Origin: Trichosphaerium sp. ATCC 40318
Lineage: Eukaryota; Protista; Tubulinea
Length of the DNA stretch: 64,000 nt
Assembly: GCA_038496445.1 (NCBI GenBank)
Contig: JALMLS010000448.1
Location: forward strand, 248,001 to 312,000
Direction of reading: 5' to 3'
A program made the translations under genes and the position numbers. The number at the start of each line of letters is the position of its first letter. The stretch's first letter is position 1. The notes beneath the pieces were generated by a model, which saw only the letters and a list, made by a program, of their open reading frames with translations, searched no databases and had not been told where the DNA came from. Positions 28,401 through 43,258 of the stretch are shown piece by piece.

Positions 28401-28991
28401 TGGGTCACTTTGCACAACACGTGCATACCACATTGTTAACAGCAAGTGTGCAGGAGTTGAGAATTTTTTTTGCTTTTTGTAACAGTTGTTTCAAAATTGT
28501 CACGTGATTAAGTAACTTGGCATAGTTTCATTTCTTTTGTTTTGATTTTATTTCTATAGGCCACTGATTGGAATGGTAACACGTTTATTCATGTGCTTGT
28601 GAAAAATGCGGTTATTGATAAAACAACGTTTGAACATTGCTGGACAACTTTAAAAAAGTCATGCAATAAGCGTAACAAAGATGGCTTAACACCTTTTTTA
28701 TTGGCTTGTTCTTTGCACTCTAGAATACTAAAGGTACATGTCGTTTAAAGCATCTATGTAACTCCCACTAACTTTACTAGTTGGTTGTTGCTTGTCATCT
28801 GAAATACAAAACAAATACAGCTAAGGAACTAATGAAAGAACTTGACTACAAAAACAATGGTCCTCATGAGTTAGCTTCATCTACAACGAGTATGTTATAA
28901 CATAGATAATTATATGCATGTATCTAGAAATAACAACTTTGTAGAAGAGACAGAGATATTCCAATCGCTAGTAGAGCAGGCCAAAAAATAG
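25460..28991 (+). CDS. F-box + LRR-like + ankyrin-repeat protein
   Basis: MDDNCLFSLLPAEILIPLL...WSSVCK...WSHIDLS (F-box); APNLHTLDF and VPNLKYLYLS (LRR); GNTLLHVAC, GNTALTLC, GADVNEINVNGFPPIALAI, GNTFIHVL, GLTPFLLAC (ANK). Confidence 0.82.
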
Positions 28992-29253
28992 TGATTGAAC
29001 CTTTTATTGTAAACAAGTTGGCATAGTAAAATAAACACTTTTTGTTGAGTTTTCTGTGCTGCACTCAATCTTCTGTATTTACATACAAGCTCCAAAATAT
29101 AATGCCCCGTTAGCAAATATCTGATTTCTTTGGATGGTAATATGGTGACGTCAGGTACGTCAAATACATACAGCCCATTTTTATGTACCTGCCAATTTTT
29201 TTTATTGGTTGGAGATAATTTGTATTAGCATTGTATTTACTCAGCTGTGACAT

Positions 29254-32200
29254 TGCCAACATGTTATTTATTTACAAAGTGTTTATTTAACATTCAGTAT
29301 GTTACTTCTATTGTATAACCCCTAATAACGGGTTTCTCTCTTCCCTGTTGTGACGAGGGCAAAAGCAATAAAATATCTTCTTGAAAAGAGGATAAAGTAG
29401 TGCTGCACACTTACCAGCAAGCATACCAATGTTGTACATTAGCGCAATTATAACTAAGAAAGAGAATACTAATTGAGCGTCTCCAATATTTTTTCTTTGA
29501 ATCTCTTGTTCATACGATGATCCTGACTTGACGATAATATCAAGTCTAAATAAAATACATTAATAAAAACCAAGAAAAAAAAAGGAAAACAACATCAATC
29601 AACAACCCATCAACTGTTTCCCCCTTTTGTTGTGTAACATTGGATGTAAGAAACAAGGGAAATGTTGAGACATATTTTGATAATTGCACTTGAGTGATGC
29701 CCAAGTAACAAGAAAATCAGGAAAAGGTGTCAAAGTTGTTGATGATGTTGGTTTGTAGATAGAACGTACCTAAAGTTGTATTCTTCCACATTTTGTAAAT
29801 CAAAACCATGTACTTCTGGAGCTTTAATATAACTATGTTTTATAATAGTATGCGCAAAGTATCCTACAACAAAGACAAAGTCACAAGTTTTGTTCAGATA
29901 ATTTACAAAAAAAAACCCACTCACCTGTAATGTCTTCATTAGTTATACGTATTATGGGAGTGGATTCTACCAACAATTCTATCTTTGCACTTGGTAGAAA
30001 TCTACCAACATCAGATATTGTCATAAGCTCCTGTGAACCTTGTAGAAAAGAAAACATTAGCACTGTCACAACCAAAACAATAATCAGCCTTAAATGTACC
30101 TTTTGTTGTAAAGTTTATCTTGATGGCAGCAAAATTGGGAGACCAACACTCTGTTGAAAGAAATGAAAAACTCATATTTGTACCATCTTTAAAGCTTTGA
30201 TCAGATTCTAGAAATTGTATAGCATATGTGTTTTCTGCATACATTTCAAAATCAACATTTTGACTGTTAGTATTAAAAGAATACCAACTGCGGTCTGACT
30301 TGTTACAATATGTAACATTCATACCGACCCACTCAATTGTGACCTCAGTGTATGAATTACTATTGGGTAAAAGTGTTATTGTTCAGAAACATGTTGAGAA
30401 GCTTACCTTTGGAGGTGTTTGTAAAAATCCAAAACATTATGAGGTGCTGATGCCAACAACTCACTTGATGTTTCTCGTAACACATTCAATGGCCTTATAG
30501 ACTCTGCTCCAATGATCATTGGTTCTCTTTCAAAGTCAAAGTAGATGTACAGCATGCACACAATACCAATAATACAAAAACCAATGGTACATATTGTAAT
30601 CAAACCTCCGATCAAGTTACCTTTTGTTTGATACTTACCATTAACAATCAGTGGTGTTTTATTCATATCCATAGACTTGAGCTTATCTAATAGCCATGTA
30701 TTACCATTTTTGGTACATACAAGTACGATCAACAGCAACAGCAAAATGAGAGAAAAATTTGCTATTGTCATCCAAGGAGCAGGTCCGTTCTTGTTAAAGA
30801 GTTGATCAAGGAATTGCTTTTGTACTGACTTTGGTGTCAACTCTGTAAAAGGGAACCTCAGTGACTGTGCTGATTCTGCTAAAGTTTCTTCATCAAAATT
30901 CATTATAGATCCAGGTGGACATGTTTTCTTTTTTTTTGGTGTACAAAGCGCACACGATGACATAGTTTCGTTTTTGTAATAACCTAGAAAAAAATAAGAA
31001 ACATAAATTGTTGATGTTCTCCTTTCAATAACACACGTGTTTCAGTTGAAGTATGATGTTTATAAAAGACACAACATTGTTTATGGTACTTGGAGAAGTA
31101 ATCTTACGTTATTCTTACCTTGTTTGCAGAAAGTGCAAGGCATGAGGTTTAGTCTAGTACTATCAACCTCTTTTCCTTGTCCGCAAGAAGCTATAAAAAC
31201 ATCATTTCCTGCATAATGTGGCCGTTGATTGAAACCAACACTAATTGTAAGACGGCAAGTTAAAATCAAAGTGTAGAAAATAACACGTGCTCTACTTTGG
31301 GCTTTGCTCCCTTCTCAATGCTTAATGATCCATTTACTGAACTTCCAATATATAAGCTTCCTTTTACTTGTACAACACGCTGTATAGGACGAGGACCAAG
31401 GGTATCACGAAATGGATAGTACGCATAATATTCAGATATTTTTTTAAGGCGGGCTTGTTTACTTGTCGGACTGCTAAGTGTCCAGCAGTACAAACAATAC
31501 TTGCTCTTTTAATAAAATTTGTTAGCACATATAGTAAGGTATTGAACATACGTAGTTAAGATCATACAGATAACAAGATAGGTGTAAATCGCAATAAGAA
31601 CCATAGTGTTCACTGGGTCGTGACCAAAGAGCAAACTCTGAATAATAAGCTTGACTAAAGCAACCAAGCGTTCTATCAAGACAAAAATAAAATGGAATGA
31701 CCCACAATACATCGTATGCACTTATTACTACAAGTGCATCGTTTTGTATTCTTTCTAACAATAATAATGAGATGTAAAACTGAGGAAGAACTTTACTTTA
31801 TACATGAAAAAAAAGTTGGTTTTCGAAACACCACACAACATTACGCTTCTAAATAACAAGTGTAGAATTTGATGAAGACTAAAATACTATGGAAAGGTTG
31901 ATTTTTATGGTGTAGTGACCCAAAAAAGGGTAAACGAAAAAAACATCAAATAAACCGTACTGGCATAGACTGTAAAGTCTTGTGGAATTGAGTATCCTTC
32001 AACCTCAATTTTATAAAAATATGACCTATTCCATCGACCATTCAATGTTTTAACCATTGATAAAATACCCAGTTCCTCGTCATTTTTAACACCAATCAAC
32101 TATGTCAGATTAATGAATCGATATTTTTTAAAGTACAAATGAAATAGAAGTTCTAACACACAACGTACCCATAGACGCTCAAGTTCATACTCATATCGTA

Positions 32201-32860
32201 TGTTTTTAATAACAAATCCTTCTTCTTCATATTCAATAAAATGCCATGAGTTAATAGTACCACCCGAAACATTAAAAGAAACAGCACGTGTGAATAAATT
32301 AATCACAACTGTATCGTTCCATGCTTCTACAATTGAATCAAAGTGGTATGATGTTCCATTCATAATACTACTCCATTTCACAGTTGACTTTTGCACAAGT
32401 TGTTTCACGTCATCCTCCCATTCCCAAATTTCTACAGATTCACGGAATGTAAAAAAGAAAGCGTCTTGCTGACACCCCAGTTAGCACGTATTCATCCCAA
32501 TTAATGGTTAAAGAAGCTTTGAAACGTACATTCACTCTAGCGACGCTTATTATGGGAGAATAGAAGCGTGTTGTGTTACAACCGAAATAACCATTGTAAA
32601 CGAATGTGGCTTTGTGCTTATTAGGTTTTGCGATAGTTTTGTATGCGTACCATTGTTATAAAGGGCTATTACGTTCTGGAATCGGTCTTGAATAAACTGT
32701 GATTCTTAAAAGGTATTAGTACGCTTAATATTAGACCATACGCCTCACCTAATGGAACCAATGTTGGTTTATCGTCTTTAAACATACATTGCGCTTCTAA
32801 GCCCTCAAAAATACTCACAGCGAGCAGAAAAACAATCAATGTACACTGTCGCTGCATGTA
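29254..32860 (-). repeat. Inverted segmental duplicate A, copy 1 (partner 50262-53982 on +)
   Basis: Long near-identical reverse-complement match including introns and 3' UTR, interrupted by divergent patches. Confidence 0.97.
29308..32857 (-). CDS. Gene A1: signal peptide, large ectodomain, Cys-rich repeat, 3 TM helices, cytosolic ExxxLL tail; unknown receptor-like protein
   Basis: MQRQCTLIVFLLAVSIFEGLEA signal; CGQG..CTFCKQG..CALC..CPPGS; TMs WMTIANFSLILLLLLIVLVC, LITICTIGFCIIGIVCMLYIYF and LVFSFLVIIALMYNIGMLA; ends EERNPLLGVIQ*. Confidence 0.8.
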
Positions 32861-33136
32861 CCTTTTACAATCAGACCGTGAGCTTAATTCGCTTAAACTG
32901 TTGCTGCTTAACTTAACAACGCCGGATTTTCCGGATTATTATCGATATGTTCGTACACCATGTGTAAGGCTATGTTGCCTCAAGAGTAATTCTATGTTAG
33001 CACACAGTTTTCATCTTACTTGTACTTCGTACTCATAATGTGAGATGTGTTGAACAGGTTTTTTACCTGAATGAACAACAAAAAGATAGCACGACTTTTA
33101 GCACCGAACGAAGAATGTGCACATGAATGTTGCTAT

Positions 33137-34150
33137 TTATTGACTATCACGCTTTGCACAGTTGCCACTGTTAGGATTGCAGTACAAGTTTGGCATTAGC
33201 CTTCCAGTCCATTTTGCTCTTAATCCAGCGATAGCATTATGGTTTGAGGATTGATCCCAAAAGCTAAATCCGAACTTTTCTCGATGAAAAAATGGACCAA
33301 CATGTCCTCCCCAGAATCCCTCAGCAATTAAAGTATTGCACAAAGAGCGAGACCACTTTAAAGACCAAGGAATGTTTGACTTTGAAGCACCAAAAGCACC
33401 TTCAGCGCCCTGTACAGTAGTACATGGAGGGTGACCAGGAGGCAAGTATGGTACTTGATCTGCAGGCGAAGGAATGAAAGTAGCACCACAGTGCGCGTTT
33501 CCAGATCCTTGGCAAGGACCGTATGCGCTTCCTGTAGTACCAGGGTATGCAGCGTCCCACATTGTAGTATGCTTACGTTGTTGGCCCCACAAGGCACGAG
33601 CGAACATACAATGATCTTTCTTCACTTGTCTATCAGCACTAGTGTATCCTAAACAACAATGTGAGCTTTTTGATTAAAACGCTACGTGATTAGAAAACGT
33701 ACCAACAAGTGCTCTTACATGGTTAATCGCAATACGATGCCATTCATCGACTTCTGCTTTGGTTGGGTTTGCATTGTCGGCAAAAGGTTGATGTTGGTAG
33801 AACACCTCGCGAATACCTCTAATACGATCGACACTTGGACAAATAGCTTTCCAGAACGCTCTTTTAGACATTGTAGAAGGGTCATACGTTGTTACACCGT
33901 CCCATTCTGAGTGACGCCATGCATTTTGTGAGATCCAACCGACGCCATCAGGGTCATGAGCGGTGTTTACTCCTGAAATCGCTTTTGCGTTCATTATCGA
34001 CCAATCTGCTTGGTCTGGGGTGTATTGTACAAGAAGTGTTGCTGCAGTAGACAGTACAAATATACATAGTAGTAACGTTGCTATCAAAGAGTTAGAATCC
34101 TCGCAGTTCATAATTCTATTTTCGTTTTCATAGGTACCGGAGGTTTTCAT
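33137..34150 (-). CDS. Gene B1: secreted Cys/Trp-rich protein, divergent CAP/SCP-like; no GPI signal (3 exons)
   Basis: Exon 1 MKTS, intron, ATLLLCIFVLSTAA signal; AINHVRALVG..AHCG..AEG..GGHVGPF..FGFSF; ends CAKRDSQ*. Confidence 0.8.
33169..34030 (-). repeat. Inverted duplicate B core, copy 1 (862 bp; partner 55283-56144 on +)
   Basis: Same-length, near-identical reverse-complement match with an identical internal intron. Confidence 0.97.
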
Positions 34151-34748
34151 TTCAGAAATAGGTGTTATCACGTGTTGTTGTTTTGAAGTGTTGTTTGTAT
34201 GATAATTGTATAAATGATATGTAGTCTGAAAAGTGTCGAGTTTTACCCGTGCACAATGTCACTGATCGCGCTATAAATAGTTGTAAATACTAAACTGTTA
34301 TTCCAATAAAATGAAGCGTGCTAGCTGTAGCTAGTGTGCCGCTATTTACATAAAAACAAAATTGGGTACTAAATATGATAAAGAATCCTGCAGTACCGAA
34401 ATAATCATCGCAATGGGTAGGTATGTTTTATTAATATGATTTATGAACAAGAAGTTTCGCAGTATGACATATTCTTTATGGATAGATTAGGAGATACTAT
34501 CACAACCAAAAACCACTTGGAAAACACGTGAACCAAACGTAAGAAGTACATCTCTTTTAGGACCACCTTCTAACGAATCTTGCGGGAAAAGATCGAAACA
34601 GTTTGTGTTTTTTTCGGACTGTTTGGGGTGTATAGTATCAGTTAGCAGCTTTGATTTTATCCATACTTGATAACCCGTTACCTTTTTAGGGGAGAATTGG
34701 GAAATGATATATTTCTGCTTGGTATCTGTTCGTGATATGCCCGCACCC

Positions 34749-34883
34749 AAACGAACGGGTCGTCACGCAAGATACAACGAAAGGGTCATTCACACAAGAT
34801 GAAACGAAAGGGTCGTTCACACAAGATGTAACGAAAGGGTCGTTCACACGAGATAAAACGAACGGGTCGTTCACACAAGAAAA
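34749..34883. repeat. 27-bp minisatellite, 5 copies (acgaaagggtcgttcacacaagatgta-like)
   Basis: Direct tandem units with a few substitutions and no spacers. Confidence 0.95.
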
Positions 34884-36543
34884 CTGCATTTTTACTGCAT
34901 TTTATAAGTTGTTAGAATAACACTCATTTCGCAGTATTTAGCATATTGACCTCTACATAATCCATGAGAGGCTTGTTGGCAACTTATTCGTTTTCGGTAT
35001 TTAGATCTGTTTTATTTTTGGTTTTCTTGTCATGTAAATAAACCTCCGTGCACTAATCTCACTGTATTTCAATAACCAGCACTGTCGCTATGATGTTCCC
35101 TAGGGCGTTATTGAGGAATGTAAAGCCAACATCCTTGAATAATAGCCATGTTATGGCTGTACACGTGTTTTACTCCGTTACAGACGTTTGGGTAAACGTC
35201 TGTTGGCTTCGTATAAATCAACAACAACATCAACCGACAAAGCTTAAACAACATGGCAAGCAGCAATCACCCACATCCCACCCAAACATTTCCGGTTCAA
35301 TTTGTTTTTATAAAACTGTAAAAACCTTTTTTTTATTTTCCAAGTGTTCTTGTATAATATAACAAATACTTGGCGCTGCGCTAGAGCCACAAGACATTTT
35401 TTATTCCTCCCAACGTCGTCCTAGTTAGTGTTCCTTGGGTAGTTGATAGAAGAAAGTCAACTGAGAGTGTTAGAACTCTAACATAATAGAAAATCAAGGT
35501 AATCGACTTCCGGCAAACAAGGTGTTGCTAGTTTTATCTGGGCTCATGGAAATTTGCCTAAAATCGTCAAGAGCACTCTCGAATATGCGGCGGTACCTGT
35601 TTCGTATTATAGTTCTGGAGTGTTTGAAAAGTCTTGGTCATCTAGCTGCCTTTTGAATTTGTGAAGTTTCCTTCCAAAGGCTGTTGCAACTTCTGTCGTC
35701 AACATCGCTCTATACAATAATGTCATAAACAATTACAGCAAGTCCATGACAGCTCTAAGCGGTTGAATAATGCACTAGATTGTAAATGGTTTATGGTGTA
35801 AGGATTCACCTGTGTACCAGCACGATCTGTTATCCATTGAATTTTGTCCTGCAACAATGTTGAAGGGCACACGAAAGATGAGAATACGTGTAAGAGAGAC
35901 GTGGCCTTAGTTGTAGGATAATAGCGTATTTATTAAAGGCATTATGTACATAATTCAGAGAAATACATATAATGTCATTATCGAATATCATTAATCTCAT
36001 GATTAAATGTAATCAGAATAGTAGCATATGCTGTTGCACGTTACATATCCAGTTTTCTGGCCTCAGTGGGTGTTGGAGTGTAAATGGTTATGTTTGAGGA
36101 CCATTTTTCATTGTCGTACATACCTTTATGCGTAGCAAAAAAACTGGGCCAAACAAGAAAAAGAAAGCTCTCTGAAAAAGGGTCAGAATTGAGCAACGTT
36201 CAGATATAAGATTGAATTGCGTAACGAATGTGAAATAGCATAGTTTCCAAATATGTAACAAGAATACTTAATACCTACTAACTACTGCCGTATACCTTAG
36301 CTACGGTTATAAGACGTTGTAAATAGTACAAGGTAAGGAGAAATCTAATTTATTAACTAACTTATATACATAGGTTTAAGTAACTTCGTTATCTGAATGA
36401 TAGCGAATGGCAAATACAACAAGGTCATATACGACAATACGAGAAATACAAAGCCTTGGTAAAATTTGCTCTGACGAGTTTAATCACAAAGACATATCAA
36501 CGAAAGATTAAGTTTATTTGTCTTACAAAATAGTAGTAAGAGC

Positions 36544-38128
36544 TTAAGCGAGGAAGCTCTCGAATACTTCGTTTTCACCACCTTCGAAGATACGAGTAAT
36601 TGGTACCCAAGCTGGTTTACCATTCTTGGCGAGGTACTCAGCAGCGTAGAACAAAGCCTTTTTCTTTTCACCAGTTGATGAATCTTTGCCAACCCAAGCG
36701 AAAACTTCTGGACCTGGAAGTAAAAGTTAATATAGTTACTCAAGTTTATGTTTGGTTACACCAAAAATAACGTACCAACATCGAAGATGAAGACATCCTT
36801 TGAGTCGAACATGTCACGCTTGATTGCGCCCTTTGCGACTTCAGTGAAAGTGAAGGATCCAGACTCGTCAGAGAGTTTGTTTAGAACACATGATACCTAA
36901 GGGTCAAGATAAGTAAATAACAAACCGCTAACATCAAAAAACTCGGCATGTGGCAGTTCACGTACACCAATCTCTTCGTCTTTTTCTACGGCATCCTTTG
37001 ACTTGATGTCTCCGGCAGCGCCTTCCAAAGCTTCGTAGAATTTGGCACAATCATCATCACCTTCTTCAATGACAACAGTAGTTGGTTTACCACCACGCTC
37101 ATCATCAATAGCACGTGTCAATTGAGCGGCTTTACCCTTTTCGGCAGCACCAGATTTTGAACCGTTCCATTGAGTGATAGTCAATCCTTGGTCAAGAATG
37201 AAAATATCACCTAAACATTTTATAATTAGTATCTTTTTTCAAGATCACGTGATTAAATTATTTTTGGTGTATCAAAAAAATGCGTACCTGAGTTCATGGA
37301 TGCAGTGGCGAGAGGTACTTCACGTACAACAACGTTGTTAACCTTACCCTTGATCCATAAGAGACGTGGTTTGTATTCCTACAGTCCATAGGTTAGTACA
37401 AGAAAAAAAACAAAAAAAATGGCGGTTGAGGAATCTAGAATCACATGCACATTTACCTTTTCTTCAACGTGGGTGAAACCGCTATCTACACCACCTTCGA
37501 GAATCTGTATTGGTGGATCGGCGAAATACCCTTGGAAGAGCTTGGATTCGTGATCCTAGCAAAAGTTTTAATTTTTGGGCGAGAAAGAAAAACTTTACAA
37601 ACCTGAACTTCACGATGTTGAACAGGAGCGCCGCCGAGCAAATCATCAAGTTCTACTGTCTATTCATTCTTTTAGCACGATAGAAGGTTAACAAAAGGTC
37701 GTACCTTGTAAGCAGCAGTACCGGCTTCGTCTTGCGTGGTGTACCTTTTCCGGAGGGTTAGTTTACAGTCTAGGCGAGGCGAGAGATGTTTTAGGCTCAA
37801 ACTTACTTTCCAAGCCAAAAGTGAACGTCGTAGCAGTCCTTGTTACCCTTTTTATAGGTTTTCAAGACAATGTATGAGTCTCCGCTGTAAAATTTACCAA
37901 TGTCGCATTTTGTGAGCTTGCGGACGTTGAACTTCTCAATTCTCCAGACTTGAAGAGGCTCTTTACCAGCACCTTGCCACTATAATAACTTTTAGGATAA
38001 AAGATACAACTTCAAGTCCGTACAGCGTCTTCGGATTCAGCGGCAGCTGTTTTGATCTTTTTTTCGATATCGCTACCGAATAGAGCGAGGTTTGTATCGG
38101 CTACGTTGTATTCCTTTTGCTTTAACAT
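36544..38128 (-). CDS. Three-domain gelsolin-family actin-severing protein (severin/fragmin-like)
   Basis: [94 protein letters not shown]. Confidence 0.95.
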
Positions 38129-38880
38129 GTTGGTGAGATGCTGAAAAATGACCGTAACGGCATCGCAAAATGTGTACTGATACACGTAACGCCGTTGGCG
38201 CTTTGTGACGCTATAATGGTGTTCTAGGATTGCACTTCGCAACGTGTTCGTTATCAGTTGCGCGTTGACACTTGAATGTGCACCATGTGCAGTTCTCAAG
38301 GTCTGGAAAAGGGCCTACGGACAAAAAAAGATCGCACAACGCAAAAAACAAAAAAATGGAAGAAACACACTGTTTTTTCCCGACAATGCGTGTTACCCTT
38401 GAAGCATCTCCTTGGAGAATAACTCTTTGACCGATTTATGTGTTTGGTGGTTTTTCCGTTATGAATTTTTTTAATATTACGCTACACGTGATAACTTCGC
38501 CCAAAAAGGCGTAATTTAGCGTCGTTTCATTTCTGTAGTCTTTTTTTAGTAAATGGTAACAAAAACTCTGCGTTTCACCTTTTTTCTAGCACTACTATCT
38601 GCTTACGCATTATTTATAGTAGAGAACACTAGAGTTCTCGTGATACAAGGCGCTAAAAAAAATATTGTGCCTTGTGTCACTATTGAAGCGCTTCTACAAC
38701 TTTAAGAATGTTGTTCTAGGCGTCGCTATGCCTGTTACAACACACTCCGGCAAGGAAAAAAACTTGTAACTCCTGTAGCATCAAGAACGTTTTTATGTAC
38801 ATTTTATTCTATTAGCATTCTTTTATACAAACCCTCTAATCTACCCATCCTCTAGAAAGCCATTTTTTTTCAAATATTCA

Positions 38881-41330
<2,450 letters not shown>

Positions 41331-41762
41331 GCCAGCACCAAAACTACTGAAAATTCACCTTTTGAATTGCGCTTGGAGTAAAATCCAAAATTGGCGTACT
41401 TAATTCAACTTAAGGCTTACTCGCCAAAAATGAAACGAGAAATGTCCTTTGATGATAAAATACTGTTTACTACTAGCCTTGCCAAGGACAACAGCGCACT
41501 GAACTTAATTATCAGTGAAGACCGTTACAAAAAAACATTTCACGTGTCCAGCACTTTATTGGTTACCATCACACTATGCCTGCTTTGATAAACTGTTATG
41601 CTGCCTATACACTGCAATCGCCATTTGATATATTATCAATGTGTATGGTGGTATATTCACATCAAGCAGCAAAGTGCAACAAAGCAAACAAAAAGTATGC
41701 TGTGCAAGTACCGTCTCAATGGGAATATGGAAGTCGCTGATTTCATCTGTTTAGTTCTAATT

Positions 41763-43095
41763 TTAGTCTGCCCAGTGTGGACCACGCTTGTGTGAAGATT
41801 TCTTTTTTCTTCGTCTGTTATTATTACGTTTATCATTCCGTCCCTTCTTGTTATTATTTTTACGTCCTTCGTCACCAGCTTGTTTCATGGATGCTTTACC
41901 AAACATTCTTATCTCATAAGCTACTAGTTGTTCCATGAATCCAATATTTGGTAAACAACGCTCGTTTCTCTCTGTCAAAAAAGCATAACAAAGATCAAGA
42001 GGTTGTTTGTATGAGTACATAAGGTATGCTAGTACTAGGGCTGATGACCTGCTGACACCTAAATATATACAATTCAATACTCTGAAATAAAATCATTGAA
42101 TGTAAATTGGGTGGGTAAAGATTGTGGTAAGACCTGACAAAAAACCAAAACGAACTCGGTTTTTAGTTGTCAGATTTTTTCCTTTTGCGTACCTCCTCTG
42201 CAATGTACAAGAGTAACACCTCCTTCTTTGCGTGCCCCATCTAGATAGTGTAAATTTATTAAAAATGTAGCGTCATAGCTTACCAATAAACCTGCAAGTC
42301 TCGTTAAAGTACTCACTTATTTTAACAAATTTTCTATCTTCTACTGGGAGATCCAAGTATGCTAATTGGTCTCTGAAATAACTTGGCTACAAGAGTTACT
42401 TAAATAAAGCCAATGTAATAGTAATAAACACATACAACAACTCCGTCTGTAGCATTGACAACATGCGTTACACCACATGACAACAAAAAAGATATTCTTT
42501 CAGCTGTTATATCTCTACCCTGAACTAGAAAAGGCGTGACTTCTTTGAGACCATACTTCCTTGTATTAAGGCTGTACTCTACACCACGATAAGTATCACA
42601 TGAAACAAGACATAAGCCTTACCTGTAGGGAAAGGAATAGGACCTGACGCCTCTTCTTCGTCATCATCAGTTGTGTCTGTAGTTTCTTCGTTGTTCAATT
42701 CCACATCATCTTCGTCTGTGTCTTCGTCTGTGTCTTGGTCTTCGTCTTCCTGCTGATCACGTGAGACTGTGAATCGAGAATTTCTAAGCGTACAACATTG
42801 AAACTAAGCCACAGTTTTATGTTATCTTTGCTTTCGGCTATGTCTTTTAGGTTTGCTTCTCTGGAATGATCTTTAGATATTTTGACGCGTGTTGAAGAAC
42901 GTACGTCACAATTTGTACTTTGTTTCCTAGTTTGTCTTCGAAGTGAATTACAATCGTTTCGTCTTCGTGTGGTAGAGCAATTACAGTTGAAATAGACGTT
43001 TTTAAGGCTTCTACCGATTCAGTAGATACATCTATGCTCTGGGAGGTGTCATTTACGTAGACTTCGCATGTGCGGGTTATAGAAGGCTTTTCCAT
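41763..43095 (-). CDS. Dual-specificity protein phosphatase with N-terminal PB1/ubiquitin-like segment and acidic linker
   Basis: THVVNAT, ISEYFNETCRFI, VTLVHCRG/GVSRSSALVLAYLM (HCxxGxxRS) and CLPNIGFMEQL. Confidence 0.9.
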
Positions 43096-43258
43096 GGTGT
43101 AATAAATGTTTAGCTGAAATTTAGTGAAGGATTACTCAAATCAAGATAGTACTACCTTCACCAGTTTTGGCTTGAGTTTCAGCTATATTCTGACAGCTAC
43201 AATGAAAATGAAATAAGTTGAGACTTAACCGTGAAAAAGTTTGTCGATTTGAAGCACT

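Noticed and set aside
34749-34883. CRISPR array
   Set aside because: Units are head-to-tail with no unique spacers, there are no cas genes, and the context is eukaryotic.
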